The notes under the pieces were generated by a model. That model searched no databases. It saw only the letters and a list, made by a program, of their open reading frames with translations, and had not been told where the DNA came from. A stretch of 35,506 nt of DNA from a virus (taxonomy: Duplodnaviria; Caudoviricetes), in the IMG/VR virus record IMGVR_UViG_3300049594_000135, positions 1-35,506 of that record; one strand, 5' to 3'. Every line of letters begins with the position of its first letter. Position 1 is the first letter of the stretch. Made by a program: the position numbers and the translations under genes. Below are positions 1 to 7,851 of the stretch, piece by piece.

Positions 1-130
1 TGCTACTTCCGGCACATCTAAATTTCAAATTGTGAATGCTTTGCTGAAAGCTGGATTCACACGCATTGGGATTGCAAGTTCATTTGTGCATGTGGACTCA
101 GACCCTGCAAAGCCTGCCAAGGTAATCTGG
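1..130 (+). repeat. Terminal direct repeat, left copy (circular overlap or terminal redundancy)
   Basis: 1-130 matches 35377-35506 except at position 22 (A vs G) and 119 (A vs C). Confidence 0.97.
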
Positions 131-139
131 ACATACTAA
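1..139 (+). CDS. 3' part of peptidase M15 endolysin (continues from 35156 across the junction)
   Basis: Reads ATSGTSKFQIVNALLKAGFTRIGIASSFVHVDSDPAKPAKVIWTY*, stop TAA at 137-139; FVHVD zinc-ligand motif. Confidence 0.9.
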   Translation, partial: ATSGTSKFQIVNALLKAGFTRIGIASSFVHVDSDPAKPAKVIWTY

Positions 140-140
140 T

Positions 141-434
141 ATGACAAACGAATTAAGGGAGGAGCTTGTTAAATTCATACATGATACTCCTGCCTATGGA
201 GCTATCATAATTACTAAGTTGTCAAATCCAGAGCCTCATTTCTACAATCCAGTTGAGGAGTGGCTCTACCATCACGGTTGGTCAATCATTCTGATTTATC
301 GCCTCTACCGGATGATAATTGACATACATAAGGAAAACATGCAACAAGTGATGTTTTATAATGATAATGGTGATTTTGTCTCTATGACTCTCTATGCTAA
401 AAAAATTCAGCAAATCAAATCCATATTTAAATGA
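141..434 (+). CDS. Lysis-cassette hypothetical protein (possible holin/antiholin)
   Basis: Starts 1 nt after the endolysin stop; short hydrophobic segment GWSIILIYRLY. Confidence 0.5.
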   Translation: MTNELREELVKFIHDTPAYGAIIITKLSNPEPHFYNPVEEWLYHHGWSIILIYRLYRMIIDIHKENMQQVMFYNDNGDFVSMTLYAKKIQQIKSIFK

Positions 435-751
435 AAATTTCAAGAGACACATTTGTGACACTGCTGGCATTTCTATTATACATAGCAGGAGACATCTATA
501 TTGCTCGCAATGCTCACCAGAAGCTGGACAAGCTCATTAAAGACAATGAGGAATGGACGGCAGCAGCATATTGGAAGAGTGCCAGAACAGAGGGCAGAAT
601 TGATAGTCTTAAAGTTGAGACAGAGGCACTGGCTAAGACAGTTATCTACCTTGACTCATGCCAGAACAACAAGACACAGAAGCAGGACAGAGCAGAGAGG
701 AGGGGCAAGTTCGTGGGAGGACTGCTGAAAGGACTGTTTCCAGGGCTGTGA
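431..751 (+). CDS. Membrane-anchored coiled-coil protein (i-spanin-like)
   Basis: N-terminal TM segment FVTLLAFLLYIAG followed by a helical region; ATGA overlap with upstream gene; lies in lysis cluster. Confidence 0.5.
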   Translation: MKISRDTFVTLLAFLLYIAGDIYIARNAHQKLDKLIKDNEEWTAAAYWKSARTEGRIDSLKVETEALAKTVIYLDSCQNNKTQKQDRAERRGKFVGGLLKGLFPGL

Positions 752-981
752 GCCATCATGCCCTATTCAGCAAGCGCATGCAAGTCTATGCCTACACTTG
801 CACCTCTGTGGTCATGGTAGGCTTGCTACTAGGTGTAGGTTGGCTATATAAGATTGAGAAAGTACAGGCATCAGATTCGGTTCTGATGTTTATTTTAGGG
901 CAGGTATTGAGTGCCTGGGTAGCCTTGACAAATAAGATATTTCGCATCACTGCACCTAATATCGGCAGTGCTGATAATTAG
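748..981 (+). CDS. Two-TM membrane protein, putative holin
   Basis: Likely GTG start at 748 overlapping the TGA of the previous gene; two hydrophobic helices (VVMVGLLLGVGWLY, VLMFILGQVLSAWVAL). Confidence 0.55.
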   Translation: MSHHALFSKRMQVYAYTCTSVVMVGLLLGVGWLYKIEKVQASDSVLMFILGQVLSAWVALTNKIFRITAPNIGSADN

Positions 982-982
982 T

Positions 983-990
983 TATTTTTG
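983..990 (+). promoter_or_regulatory. Bacteroidota-type -7 box TATTTTTG
   Basis: Matches TAnnTTTG, 5 nt before ATG 996. Confidence 0.45.
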
Positions 991-995
991 TGATT

Positions 996-2030
996 ATGAA
1001 TTGCCTCCAGAACTACATCGGACTTAAAGGCTGCACTGCTGGTGAGCCATTGTCTGGCATATACATCAATGATTATCCGGGCATGAGTTCGGAATTGCTC
1101 GATAAGATTGCCACACCGGAGCAGGCTAGTTATGTGGGCATGTGGAACTCTGCTCAGTCTGTGAGCTACATCAGGATCAAGAGAGACATTCAGGCTGCCT
1201 TATTCACATCAGCAGAAGCTCAGCTGGATCAGGTGCTATTTCAGTCTAACAAGCAGTTTGTCCAGCAATGGCAACAGATTACAACCGTACCAGCAGAGGC
1301 AATCCTAAAGGGTGCATTTGTCAGTGTTCAGGGGAGTAAGTATCTGGCATTGAGAGTTAAGCAGATATATGTTTACAATGCCGGTGCGCCTGTTGCCGGA
1401 GTGCCTTGGTATATTTATCAGACTCAGGATGGTAAGTTGCTTGATAGTGGCACTGCCGACTTGATTTCCGGCATGAACTACATCCCGGTCAATAATGAGT
1501 TCTACTCTGACTTTGACAAGATCAATATGATGGTCGCAATTGATTGCACCAATGTACCTACTACTTCGGGCTTCTTTATTGATTGGGGATGGAATCAGAT
1601 GGACTTGGAGTGCGCTACCAGATTCACTTATCTCTGGCGCAATGGCTGGAGCATCTTCCCAGTTACTGCTCCGCTAGGTTATGGCTTTGGGGATAGCTGG
1701 ACTCAGGACAACAGCCAATCAGGAGTTTACATAGATGCTCAGTTGCTATGCTCACTTGATAGCTTTATCTGCCAGCAGCAGGAGTTTCTAATTGATGCCT
1801 GGGCAAATCTGCTCTGCTATCAAATCCTTTGGCAGAAGGTGGCAAGTCCTAGAGCTAACTACTTTGCTCAGGGCAATCGTGAGTTTACTGAGAGAGCAAT
1901 GGCTACCTTCTTAGATGGTTATCAGCAGTCGCTGGCTATCTGGGCTAGGCAGCTAAACCTCAGAGGTGAAGGACTGTGCTTCAATTGCGATAATGCAGGA
2001 TTGATTCAGCAGGGTTTTGTGAGGCCTTAG
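996..2030 (+). CDS. Virion structural protein (head-tail adaptor/neck-like)
   Basis: About 344 aa, starts MNCLQNYIGLKGC; beta-rich middle and helical C-terminal part; same orientation as other structural genes. Confidence 0.5.
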   Translation: MNCLQNYIGLKGCTAGEPLSGIYINDYPGMSSELLDKIATPEQASYVGMWNSAQSVSYIRIKRDIQAALFTSAEAQLDQVLFQSNKQFVQQWQQITTVPAEAILKGAFVSVQGSKYLALRVKQIYVYNAGAPVAGVPWYIYQTQDGKLLDSGTADLISGMNYIPVNNEFYSDFDKINMMVAIDCTNVPTTSGFFIDWGWNQMDLECATRFTYLWRNGWSIFPVTAPLGYGFGDSWTQDNSQSGVYIDAQLLCSLDSFICQQQEFLIDAWANLLCYQILWQKVASPRANYFAQGNREFTERAMATFLDGYQQSLAIWARQLNLRGEGLCFNCDNAGLIQQGFVRP

Positions 2031-2061
2031 TACCTTTTGGTATTATACCAATTGGTATAAT
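2031..2061. repeat. Palindromic element between convergent genes (tandem TACC-N4-GGTA; perfect 20-bp palindrome at 2042-2061)
   Basis: TACCttttGGTA tta TACCaattGGTA; ATTATACCAATTGGTATAAT is its own reverse complement. Confidence 0.7.
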
Positions 2062-2064
2062 GCC

Positions 2065-2349
2065 CTAGGATAATTTCTCAATCTCCCGATTAAGATACCA
2101 CTGGGCTTTCTTTAAGTCCTCTAGCTTGTTGCCTTTCTTGCCTGCCCTGGAAATATACTTTACCACATTTCCAAGGCAGAAGCCTAACTCCCAAGCCTCA
2201 ATAACCTTTATTGCCTCATAAGTGCTGTCAGAGCCTCCGTAATGCTCTGGATGATTCACAGCTTCAGCTTTATTAATCATGTCCTTCCGGTGCTTCTGGA
2301 GTGGTTGCTGATAGTGTGGTTCTGAGAAGTAATCAATGATGTTGCTCAT
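2065..2349 (-). CDS. DUF3310 / SaV-like family protein
   Basis: VNHPEHY...EAIKVIE...GFCLGNVVKYISRAGKKG...EDLKKAQWYL signature. Confidence 0.9.
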   Translation of the reverse strand: MSNIIDYFSEPHYQQPLQKHRKDMINKAEAVNHPEHYGGSDSTYEAIKVIEAWELGFCLGNVVKYISRAGKKGNKLEDLKKAQWYLNREIEKLS

Positions 2350-2567
2350 GGATAGTAGAACAGTTGCTTTGGTTTATTGCTCATTGATACTGAATTGCCT
2401 TTAAGCTGATCCAATGACTGAACCATCTGCCCGTTAAAGTACCAGCCAGCATGCCTAGGCTTTGACCGCATATTGATTAGCTCAGCCTTAATCAATACAT
2501 CATTCAGGTCAATCTTGCCTTCATTAACAATCATAAAGTCAATTAACTCTTCTATTGGATTCATTAG
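2346..2567 (-). CDS. Hypothetical protein
   Basis: ORF with probable start MNPIEELIDFM; ATGA overlap with the DUF3310 gene. Confidence 0.6.
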   Translation of the reverse strand, partial: LMNPIEELIDFMIVNEGKIDLNDVLIKAELINMRSKPRHAGWYFNGQMVQSLDQLKGNSVSMSNKPKQLFYYP

Positions 2568-2619
2568 CGTATCAAATTGAATCAAATCGTATCAGTCGCA
2601 ATTATAGCCAACTTTTGCG

Positions 2620-2650
2620 ACACCTCGTTAATGGCAACGAGGTGTGTTTT
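2620..2650 (+). terminator. Hairpin, terminator-like on the + strand
   Basis: ACACCTCGTT-aatggc-AACGAGGTGT 10-bp stem followed by GTTTT. Confidence 0.55.
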
Positions 2651-2652
2651 AG

Positions 2653-2740
2653 TAGTCAGGACAGGAATCGAACCTGTATTCAGGGACTTGGAGTAAATTC
2701 CCCCTCCGAGTTTGTATGGTAACCAATATACCACCTGACT
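2653..2740 (-). ncRNA. tRNA-like RNA with non-canonical, extended anticodon arm
   Basis: Acceptor AGTCAGG/CCTGACT+A; D arm GTAT-ATTGGTTACC-ATAC; T arm ACAGG-TTCGATT-CCTGT; anticodon region ACTCGGAG-GGGGAATTTA-CTCCAAGT has a 10-nt loop. Confidence 0.75.
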
Positions 2741-2745
2741 ATGTT

Positions 2746-2838
2746 AAATAGGCTGTTTTCCAACGGTCACATTTAAATTAATTTACACACCCCCAAAAAG
2801 AGATGCGGGATTCGAACCCTATAATTAATCACCTATTT
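2746..2838 (-). ncRNA. Structured RNA between the two tRNA-like elements
   Basis: Closing stem AAATAGG/CCTATTT; internal ATTAATT/AATTAAT stem; T-loop hairpin GGG-TTCGAAT-CCC; hairpin GCATCTC/GGGGTGT; GNRA hairpin GTT-GGAA-AAC. Confidence 0.55.
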
Positions 2839-2840
2839 TG

Positions 2841-2911
2841 TAGTCAGAGCAGGAATTGAACCTACAATCTTCCGGGTCATCCCAGGGCTTTAACCATTAA
2901 GCTATCTGACC
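2841..2911 (-). ncRNA. tRNA-like RNA with a 4-nt anticodon loop
   Basis: GGTCAGA TA GCTT-AATGGTTA-AAGC C CTGGG-ATGA-CCCGG AAGATT GTAGG-TTCAATT-CCTGC TCTGACT A. Confidence 0.8.
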
Positions 2912-2920
2912 ATATTAATT

Positions 2921-3190
2921 CTACGGCAATTGTTCTGGTTTGCCGTTGTGTTGTGCGCCATAGACTTCATCATAGTAGGCTTCTGCCCTATGTGCTGCTC
3001 TAAATGACATGTTCATTCTTATGAAGGCATCCTCATGTGCCTGCTCAATCTGATCTCTCTCCATTGCTTTGGCTTTATCAACAATATCTTTTCCAATAAT
3101 TACCTTGACATCATATGCACCATTAGTCTTTAGATATTTACTTTCAATTTGCTGTACAAGCCACTCAAGTGCTGTTTGCTTATTCTCCAT
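2921..3190 (-). CDS. Hypothetical protein (KQTALEWL family)
   Basis: Likely start MENKQTALEWL at 3190; AKAMERDQIEQA...YYDEVYG. Confidence 0.7.
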   Translation of the reverse strand: MENKQTALEWLVQQIESKYLKTNGAYDVKVIIGKDIVDKAKAMERDQIEQAHEDAFIRMNMSFRAAHRAEAYYDEVYGAQHNGKPEQLP

Positions 3191-3431
3191 AGGATTTCTC
3201 ATAATAAGTGTCAAAGTCATCTGGAGTTTCTTCGCCTGGGAAGAATAACTTTCCTTCACTTAACTCCTCAATGTATTTGCACCGTTTAAATCCTTCTGTG
3301 TAGGCAGCAGATAATTGCTCATTGTGCATTGCCATTGCCTTCTCTATGTCCTTTATTTGCAGAATGCCATTATGTTCAATGATTTTGTCAAGCATCCATT
3401 GTACCACTGTTTCTTTATACATCTTCTTCAT
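3180..3431 (-). CDS. Hypothetical protein, paralog of 2921-3190
   Basis: KETVVQWM...AMAMHNEQLSAAY...YYEKSYG aligns with its neighbour. Confidence 0.7.
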   Translation of the reverse strand: MKKMYKETVVQWMLDKIIEHNGILQIKDIEKAMAMHNEQLSAAYTEGFKRCKYIEELSEGKLFFPGEETPDDFDTYYEKSYGE

Positions 3432-3591
3432 TTATTAATCTGTCAATTACATGCTTAACATAGCTAAGAGCTGAGATTCCTCCTTGCCAATACTGATTAG
3501 TCATAGGAGTGTTGGCCTCCTGCTCAGCCATCCACTTCTTAATCTTTATCTCCTTATCCACAATCACTTTAAGCTGTTCTAGTTGTGTCAT
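3415..3591 (-). CDS. Hypothetical protein
   Basis: Starts MTQLEQLKVIV; tightly packed in the operon. Confidence 0.65.
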   Translation of the reverse strand: MTQLEQLKVIVDKEIKIKKWMAEQEANTPMTNQYWQGGISALSYVKHVIDRLINEEDV

Positions 3592-3592
3592 A

Positions 3593-4285
3593 TTATTTAC
3601 CATTTAGTTTGTGATGTTCCCTATGACAAATAGCGCAAAGTGTTGTGCCATTGTTTACATCATATCTTAACTCAGGATGACTTTTATATGACTTAATATG
3701 ATGTGCATGTAAGTCATCTGAACTTTGGCAAATAGTACATTTGCCATCCCTTAATTTTACTAAAGTAGCCCAAGCCAAATTATTAAAACCTCTTGCTTTT
3801 CTAGGAGGCTTTTTATTTTCTGATTTTGGAACATACTTTTTTAAACTTTTTAAATTTTTACTTGGTACTGATTTGAAATATCTAGTTTCTCCAGGTTCAG
3901 TATTAATATCACATTCTATTTCTGATAATAGAGTTGATAATATTGAAGTTGGAGATGAAACATCTGTACTTCTCAAAAAATTCTCAGTGGTCTCAAGTGG
4001 CTCAACAACATGATAAAGACTTATATAAAAACCATTATCTATTTCTGAGGTAAAATAATCAGAAGGAACAATTCCTGCCTCAATTACTTTCCTTTCTAAT
4101 TCGTTAAAGTATTTTTCATCATCATGAAATTCAGCTTCAAAATCATCGTACGAAAAAATCTTGGCATATTTAAGTGGTTGTGCAAAACCATATAGCAAGT
4201 CTTTTCCATATTTTTCACCAATGGTAATTAACCAACCTTTATACTCATACTGCTCAAATATTTGCAGCTGTTGTAGTTGTGTCAT
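3593..4285 (-). CDS. HNH endonuclease (C-terminal HNH domain), AT-rich, probably mobile
   Basis: RDGKCTIC...LHAHHIK...NNGTTLCAICHREHH; visibly lower GC than flanks; flanking 20-bp direct repeat. Confidence 0.9.
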   Translation of the reverse strand: MTQLQQLQIFEQYEYKGWLITIGEKYGKDLLYGFAQPLKYAKIFSYDDFEAEFHDDEKYFNELERKVIEAGIVPSDYFTSEIDNGFYISLYHVVEPLETTENFLRSTDVSSPTSILSTLLSEIECDINTEPGETRYFKSVPSKNLKSLKKYVPKSENKKPPRKARGFNNLAWATLVKLRDGKCTICQSSDDLHAHHIKSYKSHPELRYDVNNGTTLCAICHREHHKLNGK

Positions 4286-4512
4286 GATATTAGCTCTCCT
4301 AGGTTAATTCCATACTCTTCAAAAACTGCCTCCACTTTGTCTGATAGATAATCGCCATCTACATGCTTGCCATCTTCCGACTCATCAATGGCCTTGTGAA
4401 TTACATTCCTGAGCTGGTATAATGCCAAAGCCATGTTAGTTGCCTTGGTGCATCTCAGGTGCGCCTGGATGTCATCCGGATCATCCATGCTAAAATAAAG
4501 TGCTGCTCTCAT
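4282..4512 (-). CDS. Hypothetical phage protein
   Basis: 76-aa ORF with ATGA overlaps at both ends. Confidence 0.7.
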   Translation of the reverse strand: MRAALYFSMDDPDDIQAHLRCTKATNMALALYQLRNVIHKAIDESEDGKHVDGDYLSDKVEAVFEEYGINLGELIS

Positions 4513-5216
4513 ATTGCTCTTTTCTTAATTGAATGTAAATGACCTATGTGCTTAACAAAACCTCTGCATAGGCACATGCCTACATATCCAGCTTCGTAGT
4601 ACTTCTTATTGTATTGCTTCTCTGATATGATGTGGTCATTACTTCTCCACTCACACATGTCACTAAACTTGCCCATTGCGATGTAGTCTGACAATCTGCG
4701 AAGACCAGGAGACCAAGTCATGCCATGCCAATCACCTTTGAACCGATGTGCCAACTGCTGGTATCTAACTCCCTGCTTTGTCAATTTAACACCTGGAAGC
4801 ACATTGTGTCCATTGCGGTCATTCGGATGCCTAATCCATACACATGCACACTTAGGCTCAGCCTCTAGCACAGAGCGAGAATCAGCTACAAATCCACTAT
4901 TGTAAAACTCCCAGTCATCCTCGCAGTGGAAAATGTACTTAGTCTGCACAAGCTGATAAGTCTTGTCAATTGCCTGTGGCTGACCTTCTCTGTTTGTGAA
5001 TGTCCAATCAGCCATTATTTGCCAGTGCCTCATGAGGAAGCGATCAAGCTCACCCATGAGTTTCTGATTAATTTCTCCGGAGTCATCATGTATGTAGAAT
5101 GCAGCCGGAGGCTCACCATCCCAATAAGTAACCAGGCTGCTAATGGTTTTCTCTAATAAATCCCACCTGCCGCAACTGGTCAGGCAGATGGTTACATCAC
5201 GATTACCCATTAACAT
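4509..5216 (-). CDS. Glycosyltransferase, GT-A fold (GT2-like)
   Basis: VTICLTSCGRWDLLEKTISS, YIHDDSG, YIFHCEDDWEF (DxD-like), FVKHIG. Confidence 0.85.
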   Translation of the reverse strand: MLMGNRDVTICLTSCGRWDLLEKTISSLVTYWDGEPPAAFYIHDDSGEINQKLMGELDRFLMRHWQIMADWTFTNREGQPQAIDKTYQLVQTKYIFHCEDDWEFYNSGFVADSRSVLEAEPKCACVWIRHPNDRNGHNVLPGVKLTKQGVRYQQLAHRFKGDWHGMTWSPGLRRLSDYIAMGKFSDMCEWRSNDHIISEKQYNKKYYEAGYVGMCLCRGFVKHIGHLHSIKKRAI

Positions 5217-5322
5217 AAGTAATGAATTTGATAATGAGCAGGGTAATCAAAATGACATAAACGGAGACAAATGTAAACTTCCAGATTATGTCTTTAATTA
5301 ATTGAGCAACAAGTCTGTTCAT
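5203..5322 (-). CDS. Small membrane peptide (39 aa, not in ORF track)
   Basis: MNRLVAQLIKDIIWKFTFVSVYVILITLLIIKFITYVNG*; fills the gap between two genes. Confidence 0.6.
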   Translation of the reverse strand: MNRLVAQLIKDIIWKFTFVSVYVILITLLIIKFITYVNG

Positions 5323-5330
5323 ATCGATTC

Positions 5331-5633
5331 TCATATAAAGTAAAGGTTGTCGGCTAATAATAATTCAGTACCTGGAGCGATGTTTAAGTAATTATCTCCC
5401 CAAGAGCGCATTTGAAATTCAAATTGCTCTTTGGAAATTGTAAGTCCATAAAAGTTAAGATTAACTCTTTCGCATTCATGGACAAAGCCAATATAGTAAA
5501 TTCCATAAATCTCATACACAATCATTCTGCCACCTAATAAGGCTACATGATGGAGTTGATTGATGCTAGTTACCTTGATGTCTATCCACATGCTATTGTA
5601 AAGCATTCGGACACTTGTTTTTTCGAAATTCAT
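5331..5633 (-). CDS. Hypothetical protein (first gene of the minus-strand block)
   Basis: 100-aa ORF with an A-rich leader. Confidence 0.6.
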   Translation of the reverse strand: MNFEKTSVRMLYNSMWIDIKVTSINQLHHVALLGGRMIVYEIYGIYYIGFVHECERVNLNFYGLTISKEQFEFQMRSWGDNYLNIAPGTELLLADNLYFI

Positions 5634-5707
5634 AAGTATTTTGGTTAGATTTGGCTGGCAATTAAGTCAAATGAAAAATAACTGCAAAATTATTTTCAAA
5701 AAAGTTT

Positions 5708-6226
5708 ATGCCAGTTTATGACTCTACATCTGCCTTCCTGAAGCAACAACTTAAAAACTTTAAGGAAGCATCCAAAGCCGACAAGGTGCTGAGGGCAGCT
5801 GCTCTTTATGCTGCTCCGGCAGTGCAGGCAAGAGTGCAGCAGGATGGAGAGAAGTCTGATGGCAGTCAAATTGGACAATATGGCAACAAAGCTATTCCTT
5901 CAGCATTTGGCAAGGCTCAGTCCTTTGCCAGCAAGAAGCGACTTAGCACTCTTAGCAGCACAGACAGCTATAAGCAGCTCCGGCAGAAGTTAGGACTTCA
6001 GACTGCTTACATTGACTTTACCTTCTCCGGTGACATGTGGAAGAGCTGGAGGCCTGTGCCTATTTCTGATACTGCTTATGGTGTAGCATTTACATCGGAT
6101 GAGCAAGCAAAGATTGCTAACTCCTTGGAAAGCAGATTTGGTACTACCTTTGAACTATCTAAAGAGGAATTGGATCAATCACTCCAAATTATCAATCGCC
6201 TTGCAATACAATTCTTGAGCAAATGA
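5708..6226 (+). CDS. Virion morphogenesis / neck (tail completion-like) protein
   Basis: Basic 172-aa protein with IDFTFSGDMWKS, resembling the xLxxTGxM motif of Mu gpG / HK97 gp10-like proteins. Confidence 0.6.
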   Translation: MPVYDSTSAFLKQQLKNFKEASKADKVLRAAALYAAPAVQARVQQDGEKSDGSQIGQYGNKAIPSAFGKAQSFASKKRLSTLSSTDSYKQLRQKLGLQTAYIDFTFSGDMWKSWRPVPISDTAYGVAFTSDEQAKIANSLESRFGTTFELSKEELDQSLQIINRLAIQFLSK

Positions 6227-6708
6227 TTGTCACCAAAGTAACTGTTGAGTCTGCGCTAAAATCTCTTTGCGAGAATCTGGCAGGCACATTTGTCAATAAC
6301 ATGCTGAACTATGGCGAGGCTGTTGAGAGCATTGTAGAAGGATCAGCTGGTAACTATGTGACCAAGGATGGACAGACTTATTGCGCTGTTAATGACACCT
6401 ACCCACTTGTTGTGTTCCTGGTCAGGGAAGGAGCTTCCGTAGAAACTACTCCAGCAGGAGGCAGAGCTAACAGCCTTCTCAGGACAGTCAATTTAAAATT
6501 AGTAGCTAACTCAACTTTTGAAAATGCCGAGTTTGGCATCACATCTATAATTAATCGCACTAAAGGCATAACCTATGCAGGCACAGACTTCAACTCAAAA
6601 GCAATCGCAAACCAGTACTTCGGGATACCAGAGCGAAATTTTGAAACCTACTTCTTCGCCATTGACTTCACGGTCACCGAGCGAATCAGTTGTGAAGTTG
6701 CCTGTTGA
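6223..6708 (+). CDS. Putative tail terminator / structural protein
   Basis: 161 aa, follows the neck gene, YPLVVF motif and a C-terminal beta strand. Confidence 0.45.
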   Translation: MIVTKVTVESALKSLCENLAGTFVNNMLNYGEAVESIVEGSAGNYVTKDGQTYCAVNDTYPLVVFLVREGASVETTPAGGRANSLLRTVNLKLVANSTFENAEFGITSIINRTKGITYAGTDFNSKAIANQYFGIPERNFETYFFAIDFTVTERISCEVAC

Positions 6709-7360
6709 TGCCATCTACTTTATTAGTCTGCCTAAAGCAGTACAGAGGAGAAGAAGGCTAATTGACCATTTCAGGCAAATAGGACTTACTGATAAGCACG
6801 GAAATAAGCCGGAGTTTCACATTGCATCCAATGGCAATCACATTACTCATCAAATAGATAATAGACTTAAAAAGTCTAATAAAAGGCCAATTATAAGTAT
6901 TAGCGAAATTGGGTGCTGTGCCTCTCATAGAGCAGTTTGGCAGAAGATGCTGGACAATGGCAATGAATATGCCTTAATTCTGGAAGATGATGCTCGATTT
7001 GATGTGAAGAAAACAAATCAACTTGTGACAAATTGGAACAGGTTGCCAGAATTTGACTTCCTGCACTTAGGCTGGAACTATTATCCAGGATGGGGAGAGC
7101 AGAAAATTGAAAGGGTTGAAATTGATGGCCTTCCCAATCTCTGGAAAGGCAATCACATGTGGCTGACTCATGGCTACATAATCAATCAGAAAGCAGCTAA
7201 ATTATTCTTAGAGCATACTTACATCCAGAACAATGGCCTAGATGCCATGACAGCATGGATTCAAGACCTGATGTTAAGCTATGGCTTTAAGCCAGAAGTC
7301 TGCTTTCAGGCACAAGACCTGAGAGGCCATCAGAGAAGCCAGATTCATCATACAGGGTAA
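6692..7360 (+). CDS. Glycosyltransferase family 25
   Basis: YFISLPKAVQRR, SEIGCCASHRAVWQ, ALILEDDA, LTHGYII; likely GTG start at 6692. Confidence 0.9.
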   Translation: MKLPVDAIYFISLPKAVQRRRRLIDHFRQIGLTDKHGNKPEFHIASNGNHITHQIDNRLKKSNKRPIISISEIGCCASHRAVWQKMLDNGNEYALILEDDARFDVKKTNQLVTNWNRLPEFDFLHLGWNYYPGWGEQKIERVEIDGLPNLWKGNHMWLTHGYIINQKAAKLFLEHTYIQNNGLDAMTAWIQDLMLSYGFKPEVCFQAQDLRGHQRSQIHHTG

Positions 7361-7377
7361 CTTATTAATTAACATAT

Positions 7378-7848
7378 ATGGATAATTTACAATACATCAG
7401 GGATGCCATCCGGGATGGAGGGCATAACTCACAAGTGACGGTAGTCCGCTGGGAACTTAACCCAACAACAGGAGCGCAGGATCATGCGTTTAAGTTTCAA
7501 GTCAATGCCAGGATTGCTCTCCGTGAGCTTCAGAAGCCTATCAATAAGCGTTCATATAGTTGGTCAAAGGTTAGGCCACTTGGTGATGTCGTTGTCGGAA
7601 AATCAATTTCTGCTGGAGGTGACATGAATAGCCTGAGCAATCCAGAGCTTCTCAGCAAGCTAAAGGAAGAGCTGAAGGCACAAGTCAGGGCAGAGTTAGA
7701 GGCTGAACTAGCAGCAGCAACTATCACGGAGGAAGAGGATAAGCCTAAGCGCAAGCGTAAGGTTGTAGCCGATGAGGAATCACTGATTGCCTTACCTTCA
7801 GAGTCTCCATTCAACACGGAAAAAGAGTTAAACGATTTACCACTATAA
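7378..7848 (+). CDS. Hypothetical protein (head module)
   Basis: 156 aa with a coiled-coil, charged C-terminus; directly upstream of the scaffold gene. Confidence 0.7.
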   Translation: MDNLQYIRDAIRDGGHNSQVTVVRWELNPTTGAQDHAFKFQVNARIALRELQKPINKRSYSWSKVRPLGDVVVGKSISAGGDMNSLSNPELLSKLKEELKAQVRAELEAELAAATITEEEDKPKRKRKVVADEESLIALPSESPFNTEKELNDLPL

Positions 7849-7851
7849 TTT

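Noticed and set aside
501-728. Embedded o-spanin within 431-751
   Set aside because: The nested 75-aa ORF has no signal peptide or lipobox Cys near its N-terminus
2722-2749. dif-like site (CTATGTTAAAT resembles the XerD arm)
   Set aside because: No XerC-like arm at the required spacing, and the sequence overlaps the tRNA-like acceptor stem
2653-2911. Calling these elements functional tRNAs with an assigned amino acid
   Set aside because: Neither has a 7-nt anticodon loop with U33, so no anticodon can be assigned; no CCA is encoded
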